Positions 49,901 to 58,900 of a stretch of DNA of 64,000 bases are shown one piece after another (the stretch's first letter is position 1; each line of letters opens with the position of its first letter). The translations under genes were made by a program, and so were the position numbers. The DNA is from a virus (Duplodnaviria > Caudoviricetes): positions 1,929 to 65,928 of IMG/VR virus record IMGVR_UViG_3300030376_005986. The stretch is one strand, 5' to 3'. Below the pieces are notes generated by a model. The model saw only the letters and a list, made by a program, of their open reading frames with translations, did no database searches and had not been told where the DNA came from.

Positions 49901-50961
49901 CCAAAAGCCCCCATAGCAGAGGCATCAAGAATACGCCAAGCGTTCTCACCATTAACAATATCATAAGTACTATCAGCTATTCTATTTGCTAGTAGCTGTA
50001 AAGATTCTTGACCTGCTTCTGTTGATCCTTCTACTAAAGCAGATTTGCCAGCAGCTTTCAAAGCACTGCCCATCATTTGCCTCCAGTATTTTTCTTTTAC
50101 TGAATCAGGAAGAGCATCAAAGTATGCTTCAAAAGTTTTTCCTATACCAAATCTTTCTAGCAATCCAGAAGCAACACCAACAGGAATAGCAATAGCAGGA
50201 GACTCTACTCCCGTTTCTTCTCTAACTCCTCTGTATGTATGACCTATGTTTTTTATGACAGACGGGCCAGTCGCAGCTCTTCCCAAAGCTAAAGCTCCAG
50301 TTTTAGCTATTTCTTTTTTAGTTAATCCTTTGAGAGCTTCCTTTCCAACAACCCTTCCTATTGCTCCCACACCACCTGTTGCTATAGCAGTTGGAATCAT
50401 CGAACCTAAATAACCAAACATATAACCAGTAGCTTGTAATGCATAAGCCCCTATATCTTTAGCACTGTCAAAATCCCTAACAGTACGCATAGGGTATTTA
50501 TAAGCTTCACCTTCTAAAAAATCTCCAGCTGCTTTAAGTTTGTCCTTACCTACATCTCCAGCAATATCAGAAAGAGTTTCTGCAAAACCTACATCTCCAG
50601 CAAATCCTCCTAAGAATCCAGCTTGAAGACCTGTGGTAAATGGATTAGGAGGAGCTTCTCCTTGTTTTTCTTCATACTCCTTAACTCTCTGGTCAAAAGG
50701 AATGTATTCTCCTCCAGAAGAATGCCTTGACGCTTCATCTATAGCTCCTACTACTCTTCCAGCAACAGGAGCATACCAAGGAATATCTATCCCTTGGTCT
50801 TGTGGTTGTTGATTTAAATTAGATAAGCTATCAGGAGCAGCAGGCAACTCTCTTGGTTCAAAACCAAAACCCCCAGAGCTTAATTCATTAGGTCCGGGGG
50901 GTAATATTTTACTTTTCTTACCAGAATGTAATCCAACATCTAGCGAATAATCTTTAGGCAT
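37900..50961 (-). CDS. Giant internal virion / ejection protein (4353 aa), polyvalent-type, with a zincin-like HExxH domain
   Basis: Uninterrupted ORF; G/A-rich hydrophobic N-terminal region with VEGSTEAGQE; FVHEFSHYLH at 43441-43480; follows two ejection-like genes. Confidence 0.7.
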   Translation of the reverse strand: MPKDYSLDVGLHSGKKSKILPPGPNELSSGGFGFEPRELPAAPDSLSNLNQQPQDQGIDIPWYAPVAGRVVGAIDEASRHSSGGEYIPFDQRVKEYEEKQGEAPPNPFTTGLQAGFLGGFAGDVGFAETLSDIAGDVGKDKLKAAGDFLEGEAYKYPMRTVRDFDSAKDIGAYALQATGYMFGYLGSMIPTAIATGGVGAIGRVVGKEALKGLTKKEIAKTGALALGRAATGPSVIKNIGHTYRGVREETGVESPAIAIPVGVASGLLERFGIGKTFEAYFDALPDSVKEKYWRQMMGSALKAAGKSALVEGSTEAGQESLQLLANRIADSTYDIVNGENAWRILDASAMGAFGAAPIGAVGGAGNYYTAVNKKADKDLVDTTYKRVAELAKKEEGGSVILASTMGLTIERIEKKLDDLEYIPTQEEYSAIENIKERIPSLTSLSESQATELESKAQSVLLKYKDRIGDSNADKEASEAQAQADLETKSKENLNNAATQAGVDPSQSAPFGRDPRVAEPVPVLTESQAPYNNPESQYEVGQTYLHNIIGFDGNPIEVEALITKVNKNGKVLESIWADSANEPDPVPLIATRGRRTRTFRTQDEVESEQRLRNIDTVNDPKYTETSLERNAKLGILQGKIASDKEQKALEEKMAKEAGAVIRTKKKITPADLQKARDKQEARLRRDRSKTPIKRTYGGYGKKDTDSKTGKSESAKANAIKKVLEKSLIVEVPSRGESRQVGIIRDIKRVTKARPEAPIEFTAIVKFENQEGFQVTIDEYYKTSQPSEGISLVAKGGKLTKEQEGILKDFETLQKEAESAAGDDQRADLDEILTGPRSKTRSTKDASTTTETKSEGVKIVKTKEGVKAKPKAKKKTTKKTRGVSGIILTGKREQEAQNILNKIAERRKRIVDITGYPVAALQDLNDFIRLIIVDIKQAIVNAKLNKKKTYNKKDLRGAVVKKFAKEVDDLDLYDFGEHLPSFKDNPEDFVGKLFDAVIAEGGSDIENLVDKNLEEGDYNEEQAIISRMLDKLSQYVDFPMDYGSDFVTLGNVNVFKLDTDSVQLMDGNKPVSLFNKNRVKSDAVLDFSSARGLVVSIKAKGSSEVSYTLNEDGMDQIQIQRSKIKGREKVVVFAHIPKSLIVDDSGVIQRQNWEYQSKKGGPRFLEDISWVGLDREEFVTLVKQAAKSKRLKDFFNSTSGEILFSQKENLGGFISNAIDLVKDPRYANLKKDKSESYKRIANLNRSYIAEKTISDLVKLFEDAVNIHLDHFASLTEKQLGPLASERTELRRLQSYARKLDNAINGIVPKAIDLPKYGVVIETKRRVTTSKGKQETKSTFEIQNKPDNPDNFKPVTDLTIPQKDRFFSKAGQKRQSLKPEDRRYAKELLESIKKRITVLEERTLTEKDTPTDEIEIQATNLDYSSQEDLEYTPSKLRVDIAYAEDVVSRIRNYISPEGKVEGSDISNLYNEISSLYNDDIELKSVKYKSDEYRRFRPTDEAKDANLTELISTKDDIVAAKDPDADAVGEVSPADVLERSEEEEEVRKFIAGEFYEDTEIGRANKAFREARKNLIDTIQSNDLSDNKFREKIIQFQKEMLIGWNKFLELRGTDFLLFDGTELQARDKTQYLLYDLLKKENIQRMESSSVYTSQEDRIKIFVDRFNKIKEERDIIHESYIKSFQREDILLSLIAKRTNEVVEKLKQKDEGYLILEAMGWASEDQINPPTASDFTVDKILANPKSYSATGDIDSYPDVLNLDEDGIKNYIDSFTLRYGLGSDVYTALAELTDIKGTLDSFRELTKELLAISTVITSMDKKLGEQFGFDAAQLEYFDGNRYQYHLDQKENLRRSRVETLGDLEEDLIVFTKPTQKEKERSMLRRSYGDSKKNFYERSPLTNIEYTYARDFKFIISSESDSQITLDRNDYRRIEDILENDLEPKLLELKEDLKEKKLKRKTDPKWLKKTGRPKRTLLTAKEEDNRDYLSGGVKAGRKLLAILDKRAKISAESTGKFGITTRKIRKKGIVFKQIVDSFFTGGAGAMDPGVMFGMLISLSNRFSEDQFRETGTAKNKGRDGEFFKLDLKKSGRTETPATLYYKLYKTLELRDPFKILEHPAFSNSGFYLGPITPEGMTDSEFTQEKLEIRKEIQDKITEYAREFMPKNRDQLTEQDLKQGSRKYIKQIIIGSIFDEFIELFAAESGMKERSAIVKKLTGLDSNKRAQVLDYLAGSLDIPFEPRVIEDLEERKFIQDETRNLELQIGKAEEEYREAKKNRIEFGSVKTIQQRIIEQGSRTGRKVTEEIKRQYREDQSLESELNKKERSAQTQLNSLRRTLKEVDSNPEILLSKLRDASSGEASLDRLTSKYLSVTLSNTLPKNYTTVKSDRPSPDLPIQKGAPYDSDALVTGVKASDSERSEEVGSAIGADGIVQLLEDNRDKLGAGFVDRAIILLSNIPEKYLKELTLSISTSLRTDRGFELGGSFVEAMKTISIPLEGKTADSFVHEFSHYLHAFIPQDMQENVTEMRRKALKKVISSTPDGSLRYRLEIANDILSRIDSINQLGVDSFQSYIDKYGERASDMYHLINDNEFFAYIMTKEGQADINKLLPETNPVGFTSRVKSYLSDLLEWVFNKLGLVSPERKFAKEVLSKFKSGEFTVERQMFTAGPNLNASIQTPKDLQKAIKFNVRNQALKEEGNVEAARRVSLEAGSFHNLIYDLYQKVLKDMEGEEEFKNMLGKTKFKDGEFVTETDDVFEISKKAASLASVKNSEAIRKILEENQETTNGLIFNAEGYLELHKIKDELPVSIWEQVSKEFFKNTEEFVISYQRLREQAKTIDSESEQEKLISLMDEVKDKFSTKQAARNSVSSFKMFYKNLLEKVKADGAESKALELLTKYGFDLNRLSSQLDDKLVGPEIFKTIENFYNTVWNNADAQIILHKGINREGKEATWRDLVFAYIVEKGLYRKHLKKGSWNTKTMEKVFSEVDPIVKFAADHILQKHKNDVLLNKVSEETLRDSFEAYSEYEQEISNLFATDKEFATRGGKRVLVKVDGRKRAIDKLLKDYNTATGELAVANRLFLSLRRKVLNEIRANNDIKIAAEVAGRIVEHEQFSKARKISSEVIKAKPVEQMELTQGEGLFPHPEQEKSVSIKWDLSDTEGREQELLKLSQYIDSINQWINDPENQDDPFTPAWIELRDHAVATLLGPTIRDGKMLRNVMDSDAFGFRPLQNLLSSVGTFTSKLATTHLDNWALTLERGVDWGKKYEEDIKAALFDAARSHGFQKGPIGVADWRNSIGQRLFALANVTGRLPSVGDVATVSDSTKIKTVTKEDIAALKLQVKAFGDLFALDVKKGRGDVILGRRTNEELKARDKKSPRKFGRRALKDTEYTLPKRFSTFALGLSSKISNILDDNKKEFDDIDSLEDKTDKEKRELKLDLYADKNKRGDSIIELIGGNFQRYVLPFLDNREGRITNGTDPYFTEGVYDEARDAVLNGDIKDLTDLAMFFSNRSVDVTKLGEEEEPVNLNTKESLYELIREMTSQSYKFNKFMHEPIDASSGVEYKKTRSDSPFTTSRQEAVANYFYYEYGSFETATVHNLINESAVQYLDSFIASLKAVAGELDIAVKEKQDAANNGLINEFLEDKKQSVQNGKVFLDYERAENHLNAIQSKIVELEGFLEKDKKFEMQINRTYRRVFGDVVMVAIQLLTTGLVNVWGTATRSNMRMVSMFGGNATLHKGFAVDMLKEIVKGGLTFGVGFTKGVGKGALEGVKTRKGSKVLSTFLDEFLNKPFVEDISLGQFKINSALRRLNEAGYTSRINVQGKIDNYLESVETRGRIEREDELRSRSDLRSGLSTWYNGSALFLAEIPGMALPRIFDTVGNNISFRFANTAMSVLEIRLKDLHRRDGNKIWERYNDPDPSIPKSKGKSDVLTPTDAFGDQFIFKANETSMAQLEEMFSHSAIDYHAEALRFLKELDTNKDATFLTTEQRAQLGIGLVTSENLATVANRPIQTKTQANSNFLLAIIGWSVSAAFNSIQYLSKSPRGKQTGGIDSLKIQLAVVLMGMMTVAAVSFATQEELLRMIYKFLFGEVKAGRQPWEEQTIGKGIQRTLLYGLSGFPMINAPFNMWLNDEIPVGQGYDFFIQNKISNTMNFLSKVTFEGISGGALERNLVMFTKQMYPNSRYLVNRIGPIAGTVKVRDNMRLIRRYAPRDRVRRSNYTGGGQTSSPTSVQVSLMVNYAMLEDWNSFNHHFKQAIAASQNAGDENPVQKIRNIYAGKDAYRGALQGPVTSSIRSKILNSLNESQRNEYLINEVNFYNGLKRIGGRSPRFRGNRSVIPSKGFSRRVPREQTVPFPSLRRTY

Positions 50962-50992
50962 TATTTTCTCTCCGTATTATATATTAATATTT

Positions 50993-53398
50993 TTAATCTG
51001 TGTACTCAACATCTGGATACATTAATTGTAACGCTTCTAGATCTTCAGGACTAATTTCAGCAGGTGGTTCTTCTCCATATAGTGCTGGTTCTCCGTAAGG
51101 AATTGTACCATCCATCTCCATTAGTAATGGATTTTGATTTATTGTATTGTAATTAGGAAGCATTCTTCTACTTATAGTGTTACCTCCAAAAGTGTTTAAC
51201 TCAACAGGATCAGCAGTCTGCTGTCTTACTGGACCCATCTGAGGAAAACTTCTATCTACCATAGGGGGAAGATAACGTGGATCACTTAAAGGCATTAACG
51301 CTCCTTCAGATGAAACTCCTTTTGCATAAAACGGAGGAATAGATTCTCCTTGCATCTCAAGCTGTCTCATGACCTCTCTCATTTCTTCCATATAAGGATC
51401 ACTATATGATCCTTCAGGAAGATAAGAAACATCCTCAACTGGTTGTTGAAGTTGATCTAATCTAATAGGAGTATTTCCTTGAACAGCAGGTGGGTTATTA
51501 GGGCTAGCCATCATTGCTTGACCTCTTGAAGGGGCTCCTGTTGGTGGTAAATACGCAGGCATTGAAGCCCCGTCCATTTCCATCAACCCTGAAGGAGATC
51601 CTACATTTGGTAAAGTTTCAGGTGTAGCATAGTACCTCCCGTCAGCACCCTGTGTAATTACATTTCCAACTCCTGTTTCTCCTTGTACTGTATTATCATA
51701 AGTAGGATTCCCTGTTCCTTTTAATATCATTCCAGCTGATTGACCTGAAGGGACTGTGCTATACCAACGACCATCAGGACTAGAAAACATTCCTCCTACT
51801 TGTTTAGCCGTGTCGTAATCATATCCACTACCCTCTGGGTCAAACACTGGCAATTCAGATGGACCTTCAACAACAGGCTCTTGGTTATCGTCAAACTTTA
51901 ATTCAGGAACCTGAGGGGTTTGACTCATAGGAGATTCAAGGGTTGCTTCTAAATTATTAGGGGTAACACCAAGCAATCTTTGAAGCTCGTCTCTTTCTCT
52001 TTTATATGCATCTATATTATAAAATGGTAAAATTTTATTCGGATCTAACATTGAACCACGTATACCGACTGTTCCATAAGGCTTAACGCTTTCCCCAGTT
52101 TCTGGATCAATGAAACTTTCTTTCTGTTTGTCTGCAATAATTTGATTAACTTCAGCCAACCTATCCCTGTAAGTTTGTTGTGGGTAACTGTCATATGGAA
52201 CATAATTCATATTACCTTGGTTTATAGTTGTAGGTTGATTTTCAGACGCAGATAGCATTGCCTCGCGTCTTGATGGAGCTCCTGTAACTGCTTGAGGCAA
52301 AGTATCTGGACTTAACGGTATCTCTTCAGTTCCATAATAAGGCGATTGTCTTACTTCTTCTGGAATCTCCTCTTGTGAAATTTGGTTTAATGGAACAGGT
52401 TGTGCAGGTTGTGGAGGAGCCTCGCTAACCACAGGTGTTTGAGTGGTCTGAGCTTCTCTTAAAGGAGTAATGTATCTTGGATCTGTTACTGGAATATTGC
52501 TTCTATCTCTCCTAGTTGAAGGAAGCCTAGATGGACTAGTAACATCAATATCATCAGCTGAATCAGCTGTTATAGCTCTACCTGTAACAGGGTTTCTACC
52601 ATATGCATTCTTATAGAATATATTTTGATCCCTACTAGGGTTATGAATGTAATCAATAACAGTAGAAGGAGGAGTTCCTGCTGCTGTAAGACCAGTATCC
52701 CTTCCAGTGTTAGGATCTTTTACTGTAGGCTGCATTCTTCTTACAGTTTGCACGCCCGGAATTTTTTGTATTTCTTTTACAATTTCTGAATCTGATTTTT
52801 CAAAAGATTCAGCAGAATAGATAGCGTTAGATAATCTTCTTGCGAATATAGTAGAAGGCAACTCAACACCTTCTTCAATGTTTCCTGTTTTCTCCCATTC
52901 TTTAAACTCTGGAGACTCAAGAAGACTTTTGTATATAGCTAATTTTTTACTAGATGGAGTGTTAGGCCCAGTATTTGCTTTAGGTAACTGATTATACACA
53001 ACATCTCCATTAGGGGTTGTTGATGCTATTGCTGATTTTTTCCACTCCTGATATTCCTGTGGAGACATGTTACCAATACTTAAATGTTTATCTAAGTATT
53101 GAATGATTGAATTGTATTTATTCCGATTATCAATAAGTATGTCTTTATAGTTGTCAAGAGTTTGGTCATATAACTTATTGTTTTGTCTTTCTTTAATGGC
53201 AGACTCCCTATGCATCATCTCGGCAGCACCTAGCTTCTGCTTCTGTGCTTCATTAAGATAATCATAATACTTGTTACGTTGCTTAGCTGCACTTAGTTGA
53301 GATAAAGCACTAAATATTGAACCAGTATTAGAACCACTACCACCTCCTTGAGGTCGGTATACTGGTTGAGCAGTCTCGTCTATTCTGTAAGTAGCCAT
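50993..53398 (-). CDS. Pro/Gln-rich putative internal virion protein (801 aa)
   Basis: Low complexity; lies in the ejection module. Confidence 0.55.
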   Translation of the reverse strand: MATYRIDETAQPVYRPQGGGSGSNTGSIFSALSQLSAAKQRNKYYDYLNEAQKQKLGAAEMMHRESAIKERQNNKLYDQTLDNYKDILIDNRNKYNSIIQYLDKHLSIGNMSPQEYQEWKKSAIASTTPNGDVVYNQLPKANTGPNTPSSKKLAIYKSLLESPEFKEWEKTGNIEEGVELPSTIFARRLSNAIYSAESFEKSDSEIVKEIQKIPGVQTVRRMQPTVKDPNTGRDTGLTAAGTPPSTVIDYIHNPSRDQNIFYKNAYGRNPVTGRAITADSADDIDVTSPSRLPSTRRDRSNIPVTDPRYITPLREAQTTQTPVVSEAPPQPAQPVPLNQISQEEIPEEVRQSPYYGTEEIPLSPDTLPQAVTGAPSRREAMLSASENQPTTINQGNMNYVPYDSYPQQTYRDRLAEVNQIIADKQKESFIDPETGESVKPYGTVGIRGSMLDPNKILPFYNIDAYKRERDELQRLLGVTPNNLEATLESPMSQTPQVPELKFDDNQEPVVEGPSELPVFDPEGSGYDYDTAKQVGGMFSSPDGRWYSTVPSGQSAGMILKGTGNPTYDNTVQGETGVGNVITQGADGRYYATPETLPNVGSPSGLMEMDGASMPAYLPPTGAPSRGQAMMASPNNPPAVQGNTPIRLDQLQQPVEDVSYLPEGSYSDPYMEEMREVMRQLEMQGESIPPFYAKGVSSEGALMPLSDPRYLPPMVDRSFPQMGPVRQQTADPVELNTFGGNTISRRMLPNYNTINQNPLLMEMDGTIPYGEPALYGEEPPAEISPEDLEALQLMYPDVEYTD

Positions 53399-53410
53399 GT
53401 TATTATTCCT

Positions 53411-54343
53411 TTAGCCTATGGGTAAGTTGTTAAGGTTATATGTTTGAGGGGTAGAGGTAACGTTATATGTTTGAGCTTGAGGAAGTTTCTGGTAGTCATA
53501 CCCTTTCATTAAACCACTCCAACCTGTATTCATAGGGGCATACCCCATCTCATTCATATAAGCCTTCTGCATGGAGTTTTGCATCTGAGCATTATTAAGC
53601 CCAGTTATTGCATCTCCTCCTGTTTGCATAGCATTACCTAACTTACTAGCCCAGTTATGCTTACTTGTTATATGAGTGTCATGACCAGCTCTATTAGCTC
53701 CAATAGCACCCATTAATCTTTGATTAGTTAAAGCATCTCTTCTTCCTAGCACTTGCATCGGAGCCTGCCTAGATCCAGCATAAGCGTTAAATAAACCCAT
53801 CTGCTGCATTGGCATTTGCCTTCCAATATCTTGGAACCTATTAATGTTAGCCATTTCTAATCCACCTAACTCGCGAGCAACACCTCTATTAAGTATTCCT
53901 TGCTGATTAGCCAATGAAGCTGCCATAAATGGGCTCATGCTTCCTCCAGCCCCCATCAATGCTTGTTGTTGATTAAAGTTTCTAGTAGTTGAAGCCAAAG
54001 CGTCTTGATTAGATGCTCTTAAAGCATCCCCGTATCTACCAATAGCTCGCCTGCTTCTTTCAAATTGCCTACCTTCTGGCCCATACTGACCAAGAGTTTC
54101 CTGTCCTTTGCCATATATAGACGCAAGACCAGAAGCTTCTCGGTTTATATCTCCAAACACAGCATCACCTACATCCCTGTACTGAGCCATGTCGCCTTTG
54201 AGGTTTGACTCGTTAGCTTTCATAGCTCCTGCAATCTCAGGGCTTAAAGCTTTACGTTTAATTTTAGTCTTCTTCTTACCGAAGATTCCTCCAAGTACTT
54301 TTCCTCCTGCACTTAAGAAACTACCTGCTGATGATGGGTCCAT
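53411..54343 (-). CDS. Putative DNA ejection/pilot protein (310 aa)
   Basis: G/A/Q/M-rich; N-terminal AGSFLSAGGKVLGGIFG typical of P22 gp7-like proteins. Confidence 0.5.
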   Translation of the reverse strand: MDPSSAGSFLSAGGKVLGGIFGKKKTKIKRKALSPEIAGAMKANESNLKGDMAQYRDVGDAVFGDINREASGLASIYGKGQETLGQYGPEGRQFERSRRAIGRYGDALRASNQDALASTTRNFNQQQALMGAGGSMSPFMAASLANQQGILNRGVARELGGLEMANINRFQDIGRQMPMQQMGLFNAYAGSRQAPMQVLGRRDALTNQRLMGAIGANRAGHDTHITSKHNWASKLGNAMQTGGDAITGLNNAQMQNSMQKAYMNEMGYAPMNTGWSGLMKGYDYQKLPQAQTYNVTSTPQTYNLNNLPIG

Positions 54344-54354
54344 ATCTTTTTTCC

Positions 54355-54564
54355 TTAATCGTTTTCCTGTTTTACTGCTATAAGCTGGGAAGTAAAATAC
54401 TTGTCCAACTTGCTAAAATATTCATCTAGCTGTTCCTCATATTTTGCCATAGATGGAAACCTTTTTACAACATCTTCTGGCAATTTAGGTGGACGCAATC
54501 CACTAGCCTCAACTAAAGCTGAGCTATCCAGAGCTATTCTTTGTATCTCTATGTTGGTAGCCAT
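54355..54564 (-). CDS. Hypothetical structural-module protein (69 aa)
   Basis: TAATG coupled. Confidence 0.5.
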   Translation of the reverse strand: MATNIEIQRIALDSSALVEASGLRPPKLPEDVVKRFPSMAKYEEQLDEYFSKLDKYFTSQLIAVKQEND

Positions 54565-55958
54565 TATTTTTCTGCCAATCTAGTAGACAAAGTAACCCTA
54601 GATATTGTAGCTGGCCCGTTGCCAGAAAGTTTTACCTGATACCCTAGGTATCTACCTCTTGTGTAATTATTAAAGTAAGCCTTATCGTCAGGGTTAATAT
54701 TATTATTAACAACATTAGCACTAGTAGCTGCTGATTGATTGTCTAGTATCTGAGTGTTAGATAACAACTGGTAGTTAATTCCAGATAATAATTCATCAGG
54801 CTGATTAGCTTTACCAAATTTCATTGCTGCTGTTACTGGTACAGTAAAATTCAAATTAAGACCAACCCCTCCATGAGCATCAGCGTCATGTGTTCCAGTA
54901 GCATTTTGCCCTGTACCCATAGTAAAAGATGTAACAGCTCCATCTGTGTTAACAGATGCAACAACAGCTCCATCAGGAATGTTTGTGCCACTAACAGATT
55001 GCCCTACTTTAATGATTGTATTTTCTGCACATGTAACAACATTACTCCCGCTTGTTGTCTCGCAACTTGCAACAGTTTTCGTAGACCCAACCCCTGAATA
55101 TTCAAGAGTAACTCTTTGAAGTAATTTTTCATCGTCAGTATCAAAGTGTAACGCTCCTGATTCTAATATACTGTGATAATCGTTTCGTATATAAGCAGAG
55201 CCATTGTAAATATCCCTTTGGTAATAATCTGTTTCGTATTGCTTTAAACATTTATCAGACGTACTTGCCATTACAAAAGTACTACCCTCTGTTCCATCCT
55301 CACAAAAACTCTCAAAACCCTTAGAACCAAGTGATGCACATAAACTATCAGAAGCCATAGATGTAGCTATGTTTTCCTGAGAATTCCAAAGATCAGGATA
55401 CACCCCTGTTTTAAATGTTATATCCAGTCCGCTAGCAGTAGCAGTTACTGGTTTGCTTATAGTTACCTTTGTGTTTGAATCAATTACTGTAACTACAGAT
55501 CCAGCTTGTATTCCAGATCCAGTAACAGACTGTCCAACTTTCACACCTACAGTTGTTTGAGTGAAATTTATTTTTCCTACTGGAGAAGACCCCGTAGTAT
55601 TTTCACCTGTATTTGTAGAACATCCTCCCTTTACAAAACTTGCAGTCCTTCCAACCACATAAGGATCTCCTTGAATTAAATCACCTAAAGAATCATCACA
55701 ATCACATATACTTGTATCTGTAGAACCAACAATCTCCAAAAGAAAATCTCTTAATGCATATTGATTGTAAGACTGATAGTTAACCATAGATGTGAATCCA
55801 TGATCCATATAACTAGCATGTCCATATTCTAGGTTTAGAACTAAAGTCCTATCAGGGGAGTTGTCTGCTCCTGCCTCGTCAGACCTCCAAGAAAAAAACA
55901 ATTCTCTTGTTCTAGGATTGTAACCAGAAATCGGAGTTTTATGTTTATTCTCAGCCAT
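54564..55958 (-). CDS. Tail nozzle C-terminal part (gp10/gp12-like) with two inserted beta modules
   Basis: GYNPRTRELFFSW...RTLVLN propeller-like start; C-terminal RGRYLGYQV; two VGQSV.G..I..G..V repeats. Confidence 0.5.
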   Translation of the reverse strand: MAENKHKTPISGYNPRTRELFFSWRSDEAGADNSPDRTLVLNLEYGHASYMDHGFTSMVNYQSYNQYALRDFLLEIVGSTDTSICDCDDSLGDLIQGDPYVVGRTASFVKGGCSTNTGENTTGSSPVGKINFTQTTVGVKVGQSVTGSGIQAGSVVTVIDSNTKVTISKPVTATASGLDITFKTGVYPDLWNSQENIATSMASDSLCASLGSKGFESFCEDGTEGSTFVMASTSDKCLKQYETDYYQRDIYNGSAYIRNDYHSILESGALHFDTDDEKLLQRVTLEYSGVGSTKTVASCETTSGSNVVTCAENTIIKVGQSVSGTNIPDGAVVASVNTDGAVTSFTMGTGQNATGTHDADAHGGVGLNLNFTVPVTAAMKFGKANQPDELLSGINYQLLSNTQILDNQSAATSANVVNNNINPDDKAYFNNYTRGRYLGYQVKLSGNGPATISRVTLSTRLAEK

Positions 55959-58900
55959 TTATATTTCCCTAAAAATTTCAATGTGAAACGGATTAGATAT
56001 TATTTCTGCAGGGGTTGAAGCTGAGTCAGTAATTATACATCTATATTGAGTCTCTACCCCTACTTTATTTACTCCTTTAAAACTAATACTGTCATGATCA
56101 GCTACCCTAAGCGATAGCGTGGTTGTGTCATTTTTATAACTAGTGGTTATTTCTTTTTGGAAATATGTATGAGCTGATTCTGGAGTGAATGTAATTGCTT
56201 TATTGTTCCCAGCTTCATTAGGAAAGTTATCAACCTCAAACTCAGTAACAGCCCCAGCACTCCCTCCTGTAATTGCTGTCACCACAGTACCTGATGGAAT
56301 ACCTATACTTGACTGAGAATTAATGGTATCTCCGACCCTGATATTTGCGTTTGAATCACAAGTGATTTTATTCTTAATAAAGTTTAATGTTGGGGTTCCA
56401 GCTTGTGTAGCCTCTGATGATAGAGTTATGGTTGAAGTTCCGCTATCTGTAGTAATTTTTTCTATATATGTCTTATCAGGAATTCCTGTTCCAGAAACAG
56501 TCATGCCTTTTAATATATTAGCATCTTCAGTGCATGTAATTGCTGAGCTATCCAAGGTGACAGTGCATTGTTTTGTGTGATTTACTATATCACATGTTGA
56601 ATCTTTATGGTCACTTATTAATAATTCAGAACTACTATCCCAGAACCTTTCACTTACCAAATCGTTTGCAAGAGTTCCAACCAAGTTTCCTGTTATTGTA
56701 GTTGCTCCTGCGTCTGAATCTGCAGTTAATGTTAAAGTAGCTGTAGGATCATCTGCAATATCAGTATTAACCCACTTAACTTTGGAACCAGACTTAAGTT
56801 TAGTTGGTAAAGGTAACACTGTTATACTCGCACCAGAACCGGGAGAAGGTGGGCTTTCCATGTTAATAGAAACTCCACCTGTATCAACATTAGAATACCA
56901 CTGGAATATATAATCTGGAGTACCTCCCATTGCTTTAACTGTGAAAGGCTTGTGCTCAACCTCAAAAGAACCACCTCCTTGGCGAACTCTACTATTCTTA
57001 GCTAACTCTGTTGATCCTAGTATTGTTCCGCCTACTTCCTTTAAAGAATAACCAACTGTCTCATTAGGCATGACAGACCTACTTTCACCATGAAAATCCT
57101 GAGATTCTAATGATCCTCCAGCTGTTATGGTTTCCTTTCCTGAAGCTCCATCAACCGAAGAAGAAGGAACTGCAATTACAGTTATTACTGTCTCAAATGT
57201 AAGAGTAACATTATTAGCTGTAGCTGTAACTGGATTAGAAATTATAAAAGAACCACTATCTATAATTGATTGAACAGTTGTATTTGCTGGTATGCCAGAA
57301 CCTGTAACGGTTTGCCCTACTATTATATTAGCAGTTGAATCACATTGAATCCGCTTAGGATCTTTTCCGTTAGCTTCAGTTGCTGCTGTATTATCTGTAT
57401 CACATGTATTGTTAGTACTGTTAGTAGCGGCACTTCCCCCTGAATTGATCACACTAATCCTATAAGCAGCTCCAGATGCTGATGATTTTATATCTTTTAT
57501 AGCAAGCCTGCTAAAATAATAACCAGCAGTATTTCCAGAAGGAGCAACCATACCATCTTTTCTTGAAATATGTGATCCGTTGTTTACTCCGCTGGATTGA
57601 TTTCCGTATGTAACATTAGCATAACTTCCTCCAGAAGCTTTTGATTGCCAAGCTAATGATGTAGCCGAAGTACACCACCTTGCCTCAATATAAACTGTGT
57701 CTCCTACTTCAACTGTCTGACTAGAAGGGATAGAAGTAAAACTTGGAGCAGAAGATTGCCCTGCTAATGTCACAGTAGAATCATTACTGTTAACTCCTTC
57801 AGGTTTATCCTCATTTGCAACATTAACTCTGTACTTCTTATTATTTACTTCAGCTGAAGTTGGTTTATTTATTTTAAATGATGATGAGTTTTGATTAGGA
57901 ATATTAACATATCCTGTGCCAAAAGTTAAATTGTTAGTTCCAGTAGCGTTAGCGTTGTTTGATATAGTAAAAGAAGTAGAATCAATTATTGAACTGACAA
58001 CAGTGTTTGATGGAATTCCTGTTCCTGTTATCGGTCCACCAACAATAATACTACTAGTTGGAATTAACCCGTCACTATAACAAAGCATCTGATCATTTGA
58101 TATTACAACATTACTTAAATTCGTAGTAGTGCAACTTCCAACAACTGCGGACACTAAGCTCACTTGCCACTGATAAGTAAAAGGCTCTCTGCCAGAAGAA
58201 GTTGCAACCGACAGTGTTGCATCTCCAGTGTAACTAGCAATAGAACAAGGATTTCCATTAATAGTAAGATTACCGGGGTGTGCAGATATAACAGGGTCAT
58301 TGTCAGAGCACCCTGAAACTTGAGCGATAACTCCAGACTGAGGAATAGAAACAGACTTTATCCCTCCTGTCACATGCCTAGGACCAGAAGCGTCTTCAGC
58401 ACTAATCATTTCTTTATTATAAATAATCCCTGAAGCATTATGAATCCAGTCGATCCTTACTGGCCTAATATCTGAAACACTTATTCTATAGATGCCAGCT
58501 TCAGCCATGTAAAAATGAGAGTCTCCAGCAGAGATAAGAGTGTCTGTGTAAAATGGAGTATTCTCTCCTTGGTAAATTTGTTTAAAAACAAATAGATTGG
58601 CAGAGCTAACTAAAGAACATCTCCATATACTTCTTTCTTTATAGATCATTAAGTGATCACCGAGCACTGCCATTCCAATAATAGCTTCACCTATATCTCC
58701 AACTGTTTGCTGTCCAGATAAAGAAGCCGTTGAAGGATAATAACTGGTAGCGTCAACATAATCAGACCATTGAACTTTAGCTATCTGTTGAGTTGTGTTT
58801 TCTTCAAGGTCAGCAAGAAACATGAACCCTTTATATTCGGCTATGTAATTAACTTTAGTTATCTTTAACTTTACTAAGTCAGGGATGTTTTGAAGTAGAT

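Noticed and set aside
38381-50242. Plus-strand ORFs antisense to the giant gene (and similar shadow ORFs such as 14-295, 1322-1624, 8828-9160, 26604-27368)
   Set aside because: They lie opposite well-supported genes, with the S/L/F-rich composition typical of antisense shadows.
37900-50961. Virion RNA polymerase (N4- or crAss-like) within the giant ORF
   Set aside because: I found no DxDGD/DFDID or other recognisable polymerase motif by eye; a divergent domain cannot be excluded without structure prediction.
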